Assembly (NCBI GenBank): GCA_041389005.1
Contig: JAWKSR010000001.1
Coordinates: forward strand, 38,465-102,464
Reading direction: 5' to 3'
Length of the DNA stretch: 64,000 nt
DNA from: Minisyncoccota bacterium
Lineage (GTDB): Bacteria > Patescibacteriota > Minisyncoccia > Phycocordibacterales > UBA918
The position numbers and the translations under genes were made by a program. The first letter of the stretch is position 1; each line of letters starts with the position of its first letter. Below, piece after piece: positions 57,174-64,000 of the stretch. Under the pieces are notes generated by a model. It was not told the origin of the DNA. It worked only from the letters and a program-made list of their open reading frames with translations, and did not search any database.

Positions 57174-57203
57174 TTAAGGGCTTATTACATAAAATGGTAT
57201 ACT
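57174..57203 (+). promoter_or_regulatory. candidate sigma70-type promoter with extended -10
   Basis: TTAAGG-N18-TATACT with TG at the extended -10 position (ATGGTATACT), ~30 nt upstream of ATG 57235. Pattern match only. Confidence 0.3.
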
Positions 57204-57234
57204 AAGTGAAGTTATTTAACTAACCTATATCCAT

Positions 57235-57765
57235 ATGGAAATAGAAGAACAAAAAATGCATACCCCGACGCCTCATCGTGCCAAACACCGCCGCACAGTC
57301 ATTATGATTATTGTGTTGTTTGTGCTACTGGTGGGAGGGATGTTTATGTTTACGTTCCTCAAACAGCAGGAGTTACATGACTCGCAAACTCCAACTACTG
57401 ATACTCCAGTAGGAGAGGATGACGCATACGCTTCAATTACTCGGATTGACGGTAAACACTTCTACATTGATGGTGTGCATACTGTGGTCGGAGAGGTGTC
57501 TCTGCCAACACCATGTGATCTCTTAGAAGTAGAAGCCTTCGTAGCTGAATCATACCCAGAGCAGATCACCCTTGATTTCTCAGTTGTAAATAATGCTGAT
57601 ACGTGTATTCAGGTGGTGACTGCACAGCGTTTTAAAGTAGAGGTAGCAGCTAGTGAAGAAGCAACCTTCAGTGCACTTTTCCAAAATCGTGTGGTTGAGC
57701 TCAATTTAACTCCAGCAGCACCAGGTGAGACTCCAGAAGACTTCGAACTCTTCATTAAAGGATGA
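57235..57765 (+). CDS. hypothetical N-terminally anchored protein
   Basis: Intact 176-aa ORF with TM VIMIIVLFVLLVGGMFMFTFL. Followed by an 11-bp hairpin. Confidence 0.7.
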   Translation: MEIEEQKMHTPTPHRAKHRRTVIMIIVLFVLLVGGMFMFTFLKQQELHDSQTPTTDTPVGEDDAYASITRIDGKHFYIDGVHTVVGEVSLPTPCDLLEVEAFVAESYPEQITLDFSVVNNADTCIQVVTAQRFKVEVAASEEATFSALFQNRVVELNLTPAAPGETPEDFELFIKG

Positions 57766-57788
57766 AAACTGCCTTAAGGCAGTTTTCA
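57763..57788 (+). terminator. 11-bp stem-loop overlapping the stop codon
   Basis: TGAAAACTGCC-TTAA-GGCAGTTTTCA. Confidence 0.6.
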
Positions 57789-57857
57789 TCCGTTCGCGGT
57801 GAGAGCCGCGATGTCCAATCTGAGCGTAGCGAAGCAGGACAAGGCGGGGCTCAGTGT

Positions 57858-57900
57858 CAAACGAAGGCACTCTTGCCCAGAGGAAGTTCTCCTCACAAAA
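57858..57900 (+). repeat. intergenic repeat element, partial copy C (3' part only)
   Basis: CAAACGAAGGCACTCTTGCCCAGAGGAAGTTCTCCTCACAAAAT matches the 3' part of copy A (31663-31706). Nearby, TCATCCGTTCGCGGTGAGAG (57785-57804) matches TCATCCGTTCGCGCTGAGAA at ~40223-40242. Confidence 0.6.
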
Positions 57901-57968
57901 TTTACTTACAGCAAAAATCATCAAATATTGCTATTTGATGTGACTTGGTCTGTTACAATATTCCTCAT

Positions 57969-58517
57969 ATGTATGACAAGCAATCCAGAATTGTGTTGAT
58001 TATTTTAGCTGTAGTTGTTTTGGGTTGTGTCTTGTATACCTGGCATGTAGTACATAATAAAAATGGAGAGACTATTGTCTTAACCCCACAAGAAGACTTT
58101 CTGCTTGCCTCTGGTGCGGCATACACTACACTTGATGGTTCGCCGGTAGATATAAAAAGTTATTTTAATAACACCTTGGTGGTCAGTACCTGGGCAAGTT
58201 GGTGTCCTGCGTGCGGTAATCATTTGAAGGCTCTTCAAAAGTTGGGGGAGCAACATCAAGAAGATGATGTTGTGGTTTTAGCAATCAACCGAAAAGAAGA
58301 CCCAAAGCTTGTCAAAAATTATTTGAAAACCCTCCCGTCTTTCAATCACCTAGTAATGCTTATTGACACCACTGACGGCTTTTTTGCAGCTACAGGTGGT
58401 CAGACTGCACCAGAAACTATTTTCTTTAACCACAATGGGGAAGTGGTAGTACATACGAGAGGAGTCATGACGCAAGTCGAACTCAACAATCATTTGCAAA
58501 CAGCCTTACAGCAGTAA
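57969..58517 (+). CDS. TlpA/ResA-like membrane-anchored thioredoxin-fold thiol-disulfide oxidoreductase
   Basis: The ORF is open from 57945; the likely start is ATG 57969 (MYDKQSRIVLIILAVVVLGCVLY, TM). VVSTWASWCPACGNHLKAL contains the CxxC motif (WCPAC). Confidence 0.85.
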   Translation: MYDKQSRIVLIILAVVVLGCVLYTWHVVHNKNGETIVLTPQEDFLLASGAAYTTLDGSPVDIKSYFNNTLVVSTWASWCPACGNHLKALQKLGEQHQEDDVVVLAINRKEDPKLVKNYLKTLPSFNHLVMLIDTTDGFFAATGGQTAPETIFFNHNGEVVVHTRGVMTQVELNNHLQTALQQ

Positions 58518-58570
58518 ACGTCCATACCGCGTAACTTTACAAAAGCAAAATAAGTAGTATAGTATAGATG

Positions 58571-58600
58571 GTTAGTTCTTTCTGCAGAACTGGCTTTTTT
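58571..58600 (+). terminator. rho-independent terminator
   Basis: GTTAGTTCT-TTCTGC-AGAACTGGC (includes 2 G-U pairs) followed by TTTTTT. Confidence 0.65.
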
Positions 58601-58667
58601 GTTCCACCAGAAACATATTCGCCACTGTACTCGTCATACAGTGGGGTGGAAGTAACAAAAAGTGCCT

Positions 58668-58826
58668 ATGTTCCGCGCTATCGGGGTTCTTATCGTTTTA
58701 TGGGGGTTAAGTCTTCACTTTGGGTCTACCATGAAGGCGTTTGACCGAGCAGCGACAGCCAGTTTCAATACCATTGAGACCGCAGCTATCCTGACTGAGT
58801 ATCGGTTACAAACCATTGAGCAATAA
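58668..58826 (+). CDS. small (52-aa) putative membrane protein, below the ORF-track length cutoff
   Basis: ATG..TAA reads MFRAIGVLIVLWGLSLHFGSTMKAFDRAATASFNTIETAAILTEYRLQTIEQ. Bracketed by terminators at 58571-58600 and 58834-58858. Confidence 0.45.
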   Translation: MFRAIGVLIVLWGLSLHFGSTMKAFDRAATASFNTIETAAILTEYRLQTIEQ

Positions 58827-58833
58827 GAACAAA

Positions 58834-58858
58834 AGCTGGACATATGTCCGGCTTTTTT
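58834..58858 (+). terminator. rho-independent terminator
   Basis: AGCTGGAC-ATAT-GTCCGGCT (one G-U pair) followed by TTTTT. Confidence 0.7.
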
Positions 58859-58886
58859 GCTGTCATAATAATGCTACAATAGTGCC

Positions 58887-59900
58887 ATGTTATCGAGTCG
58901 CATCGTTGAGTACGTCTTCTTTTTTGGCTTTATGGCTGTGGTGGGCTATTTGGTGTGGCTGATGTTTACACCATTTATCTCGGCGTTGGCACTGTCCGCT
59001 ATTATCGTTACCATCTGCTATCCACTCCACGAGTATGTAAAAGCCCGCATGCCGCGCTATCCAACACTCGCCGCCCTCGGGACAACAGCCGTAGTGTTGC
59101 TGATAGTTATTTTGCCGGTGTTTTGGCTTACATCACTGCTGGTGAGCGAAGCGGTATCTATTTACCAAGTCGCTGAGCGGGGTGAGATCACGGTGGTCTC
59201 CAGTGCAGAAGAGTTTGCAGACTATTTGGAAAGGTTTATACCTGGAGTGGAGCTTAGTGTGACGGATTATCTACAACAGGCGGCAGAGTGGTTCGCCTCA
59301 CGCATTGGAGCGGTGTTTGCGGGCACCGCCAGTACTATTTTTCATTTTTCATAGCCATTATTGGCTCGTTCTACTTTTTCGTGATGGACGAGAATTTACG
59401 AAATTGCTCATTAAAATCAGTCCATTACCAGACGATGAAGACACTTTGATACTAAAGCGGATGGCAACCGCAGTCCGATCAGTTGCCACAGGTACCGTTA
59501 TGGTTGCCTTAATTCAGGGTGCACTAACCGCGGTGGGACTTTCGATTGCTGGGTTCGAACGAGCGATTTTGTTTGGCGTGATCGCTGCCTTTGGGGCACT
59601 TATTCCAGGCATTGGCACCACCATTGTCTTCTTACCGGTGATTATCTATCTCATCATAATTGGTTCCTATGGCTGGGCAGTATTTTTGGTAGTGTGGGCA
59701 GCAACAGCAGTTGGGCTGATAGATAACTTGCTCGGTCCGTATTTGATAAGTCGGGGCAATGCCCATCCATTCTTAATACTGCTATCAGTATTGGGTGGGG
59801 TGGGTTGTTTGGACCGATTGGGTTTATTGTTGGTCCGGTAATTGTTAGTTTGTTCATTGTATTGCTTGAGCTGTACTCTCAACACATCGCCACAGAATAG
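58887..59900 (+). pseudogene. AI-2E family transporter (PerM/UPF0118), at least 2 frame breaks
   Basis: Multi-TM N-terminus in ORF 58887-59354. ORF 59305-59841 carries KISPLPDDEDTLILKRMATAVRSVATGTVMVALIQGALTAVGL..GALIPGIGTTIVFLPVIIYL. The tail, LFGPIGFIVGPVIVSLFIVLLELY, is in a third frame and ends at TAG 59898-59900. Confidence 0.75.
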
Positions 59901-59901
59901 T

Positions 59902-60312
59902 ATGATTGACCGCCGTCACATTGAGAAAATATTACGCATTAACGGGTTGTCACCGATAGCAGAAGATGAGGAAATTCGGTCTGTTCTCATTTCCGCCAAG
60001 TGGCATAAAGACGATGTAGAGACAGCCTTAACTGTTTTACGTGAAAACACCACCACCGGACAAGCACATGTTGATGTCCTTCACAACGTATTTAATTCCG
60101 ATGCCCGTCTCTCACCCGAAGCCATTCAGTCTCTGTTAGGTATTGATGTTGAGCTAACCTCTGATCAAGTGGCTGCTTTACATGGTGGAAAGCGCACTGT
60201 TTCTTTGGCAAGTACTCAGCATTATTTTGTATGCCACGGTATTGGCATTTGGTTCTATTATATTAGTGATGTACATTCAAAATGTGGAATCTTCCACCCG
60301 GCAGTTTAATTA
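59902..60312 (+). CDS. hypothetical protein (likely C-terminal TM after a frame break ~60200)
   Basis: ATG 59902 (MIDRRHIEKILRINGLSP...) lies 2 nt after the upstream stop. An alternative frame near the end gives the TM-like WQVLSIILYATVLAFGSIILVMYI. Confidence 0.5.
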
Positions 60313-60327
60313 AGAAACATTCGTAGC

Positions 60328-61428
60328 ATGCAGTCTCGGTCGCGCCAGGTCTATATCTCATTTGCCCTCATTTTTGGTTTGTTGTGTGTATACGTAACAC
60401 TCGTCACTTTTTCAGGTCTGACGCGACCGGTTATTCAATACGCTGCAGCCGGTAATATTTTTACCCGAGTAGTTAAGAGTGAAACAGGCACCCCAGCAAT
60501 CTTGTTTATTGGTGATATATTGCTCGCACGCGACGTAGAGCGAAAGATGTTAGAGCACGGAGTTAGTCATCCGTTTTTGGGAGTCAATTCACTTTTTAAA
60601 GAAGCGGCTGTCGTAGCAAATTTCGAAGCCAGTGTTCCAAACGCTCATCTACCAACACCAGATTTATCTACTGTGTTCTCGGTCGATAGTGAGCTACTAG
60701 ACGGATTAGCGGGTAGTGGGGTTACCCATCTGTCACTAGCCAATAATCACAGCTTTGACTATGGTACAGTTGGATTTAATTCGACCAGTCAAGTCCTAGA
60801 GCGGCGGGGATTCGATGTCTTTGGTCACCCCCAACAAAATGCTACCACTACCTCTGTTTCATACATTTCGCTCGCTGGTACCACCATCGCTTTGATTGCT
60901 TTAAATGATATTGTCCCAGGTGGTGTATCGCATGACTGGCGTGCAGTTTTAACAGAAGCGAGTGCCCACTCTGACCGACAGATAGTATTCATCCATTGGG
61001 GAGAGGAGTATCAGACAACTCACAGCAAGCGCCAAGAAGAGTTAGCGTATGAATTTGTTGCTGCTGGCGTAGATGCCATTATTGGACACCATCCACACGT
61101 AGTGCAAGACATTGGTTTTATACATGACGTCCCGGTCTTTTATTCATTAGGAAACTTTATCTTCGATCAGTACTTTAGCGAAAGTGTGCAGGAAGGGTTA
61201 GTGGTACGTCTTGACGCCAATAATGCGGAGCTTGGTTTTTCTCTAATACCTGTTTCTAGTCTCGCTAGCCGCGCGCAACCGCATCCTATGGGAGAAGCAG
61301 ACCGAAGTAGATTCCTTAGTGAACTTGCCAAACAAAGTGATCAGACACTTTTTAGTGACATTTCCACCGGATTTATTGCCTGGAAGTCTACCAAGCAGCA
61401 GTTTGCAATTTCACCACGAATACGCTAG
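60328..61428 (+). CDS. CapA-family (PGA_cap) metallophosphatase-like protein
   Basis: Intact 366-aa ORF with N-terminal TM. ILFIGDILLARDV, LSLANNHSFDYG, FIHWGEEYQ, IIGHHPHVVQD, YSLGNFIFDQ. Confidence 0.85.
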   Translation: MQSRSRQVYISFALIFGLLCVYVTLVTFSGLTRPVIQYAAAGNIFTRVVKSETGTPAILFIGDILLARDVERKMLEHGVSHPFLGVNSLFKEAAVVANFEASVPNAHLPTPDLSTVFSVDSELLDGLAGSGVTHLSLANNHSFDYGTVGFNSTSQVLERRGFDVFGHPQQNATTTSVSYISLAGTTIALIALNDIVPGGVSHDWRAVLTEASAHSDRQIVFIHWGEEYQTTHSKRQEELAYEFVAAGVDAIIGHHPHVVQDIGFIHDVPVFYSLGNFIFDQYFSESVQEGLVVRLDANNAELGFSLIPVSSLASRAQPHPMGEADRSRFLSELAKQSDQTLFSDISTGFIAWKSTKQQFAISPRIR

Positions 61429-61461
61429 TATGTCGAGACTTTTTAGTTAGATACGAACGCT

Positions 61462-61996
61462 ATGATTAACAAATTTGAAGCAATTGGTGTCGGAGTGAGT
61501 GTAGCGGCAATGGCGCTAGCCCTCTTTTTAATGCGGGTAGATACTACAACTGATAGTCAATCAATAGTGTCTGATGCAAATAATCGTGGTGAAGCAGTTG
61601 TCGTGGCTGACAGCCAATGATCAACAAGCAGCACTTCTCTCAGCCTTTACAGATGCTTCAAATGGACGGTGGCATTACCAAGCTGGTGGTTGACGATGTT
61701 GTACTCGGAATCGGTAATGAAGTGAAACTGGAGATACCGTGACTGTTCACTATGTTGGAACGCTCCAAAATGGTCAGGAAGTTTGATAATAGCCGCAAGC
61801 GTGGCGCACCATTTACCTTTACAGTCGGTGAGGGCAAGGTAATTGCTGGTTGGGAAGAGGGAGTCATTGGTATGAAAGTAGGCGGTCAGCGTATTTAGTC
61901 ATTCCAAGTGATATGGCGTATGGAGACGCCCGGATTCAGTCCCAATCCTGGTGGCGCCACTCTGGTCTTGCTATTGAACTCATCGCTATTAAGTAG
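61462..61996 (+). pseudogene. FKBP-type peptidyl-prolyl cis-trans isomerase, membrane-anchored; at least 4 frame breaks
   Basis: MINKFEAIGVGVSVAAMALALFLM. Across frames: [55 protein letters not shown], then ..PGGATLV..IELIAIK. No ORF of 60 aa or more on the + strand here. Confidence 0.7.
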
Positions 61997-62072
61997 TAAC
62001 ACTACCATATATAGCAGTGTTACATTTTTCTACTAAAGCGAACACTAGTACGATATATCGTACTAATCTTTC

Positions 62073-63268
<1,196 letters not shown>

Positions 63269-63278
63269 TGTAGGAAAC

Positions 63279-63791
63279 ATGAGTAATATTGCATTTATTG
63301 ATGGTCAAAATTTACATTTAGGTACATATGGAATTGACGGCTACGGGTGGAAAGTGGATCTAAATAAATTTAGGGGATTTATCTGAAAGAAAAATACAAT
63401 GTAACTGATGCTTACTATTTTCTCGGATTCGTTACTGAGGAAGAACAAGATTTATATACATCAATTCAGAAAGCAGGCTACATATTGGAGTTTAGAGAAC
63501 ATTCAGCTACATTGAAAGGTAAGAAAAAGGAAATGTTGATTGTGACATTGTTTTTTCCATGATGCGAAGCTTGATTGAAGAAGATAGTGATTTCAACCAA
63601 ATAATTTTGGTATCAGGTGATGGTGACTACAAAAAGCTGTAGATTATTTAGTAAAAAAAGAGAGATTTAAGAAAATTCTTTTTTTCCCAAATACACAGTT
63701 TCGTTCATCCTTGTACAATAGTTTAGGTGGAGAATTTATGGATTTTTTGGATAGAGAAGACATTAGAAGTCTAATTGAATACAAAAAATAA
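63279..63791 (+). pseudogene. NYN/LabA-like domain protein, about 3 frame breaks
   Basis: AGGAAAC precedes ATG 63279. MSNIAFIDGQNLHLGT..GWKVDLNKFR, then YLKEKYNVTDAYYFLGF..LYTSIQKAGYILEF..GKKKGNVDCDIVF..ILVSGDGDYKKL in shifted frames. Confidence 0.65.
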
Positions 63792-63889
63792 AAAAGCCCC
63801 TAGGGCACAAACACCTGTCGGGTCTTTTTTGTATTGATTTAATCTGAGTATACTCTAGACAAACTAAAAAATCAAGGTTATCCACAGTT

Positions 63890-64000
63890 ATGACATTTAA
63901 ACTTTCAACCGAAAAAACCCCGGCCGGAGATCAGCCGCAAGCAATTGAAAAGCTGGTGGCAGGCATACAATCTGGTACCCGTGACCAGACGCTTTTGGGT
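63890..64000 (+). CDS. uvrB: excinuclease ABC subunit B, N-terminal 37 codons (runs off the window)
   Basis: [37 protein letters not shown] matches the conserved UvrB N-terminus (..F.L......P.GDQP.AI..L..G......Q.LLG). Confidence 0.85.
   Translation, partial: MTFKLSTEKTPAGDQPQAIEKLVAGIQSGTRDQTLLG

Noticed and set aside
57785-57860. Possible SRP RNA, tRNA-like or other known ncRNA in the spacer after 57765 (GCGAAGCAGGACAAGGCGG looked vaguely like the SRP helix-8 GGAAGCAGCCAAGGC). Also a T-loop-like GGTTCGATT at ~43203.
   Set aside because: I could not build the symmetric/asymmetric loop and GNRA-capped helix 8 of SRP RNA. The GGTTCGATT lies inside a supported coding frame (GLTKGSIFSLW) with no acceptor or anticodon arms around it.

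Overview
All supported genes lie on the + strand, and the window is dominated by cell-surface genes. (i) One co-linear ~23.3-kb unit (8254-31573) encodes, once about 25 frame breaks are bridged, a ~7,700-aa modular secreted protein. It is built from repeated DUF2341-like + LamG-like cassettes, beta-helix-like repeat blocks and FN3-like units. (ii) A second ~6.1-kb unit lies at 48376-54526. (iii) Three paralogous cassettes (1363-3672, 38036-41749, 53990-57142) pair a secreted protein carrying a WxL-like C-terminal domain with membrane-anchored two-Ig-domain proteins that resemble WxL-interacting proteins (DUF916/DUF3324 type). (iv) At least four cohesin-like and three dockerin-like modules sit on separate secreted or membrane-anchored proteins. 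(v) An FN3-repeat protein plus MacB/FtsX-type ABC transporter operon lies at 31834-35881. Flanking housekeeping genes are a Y-family polymerase, Hsp20, TlpA-like thioredoxin, AI-2E transporter, CapA-family protein, FKBP isomerase, tgt, an NYN-domain protein and uvrB (3' truncated). The gene content suggests a small-genome monoderm, possibly CPR/Patescibacteria; this is inference only. No rRNA, tRNA, CRISPR array, transposase or integrase was recognised. Major caveat: the sequence carries dozens of frame disruptions, including in housekeeping genes and often at homopolymer runs. Many are therefore probably indel errors. Entries typed pseudogene are my reconstructions across those breaks, not proof of biological inactivation.
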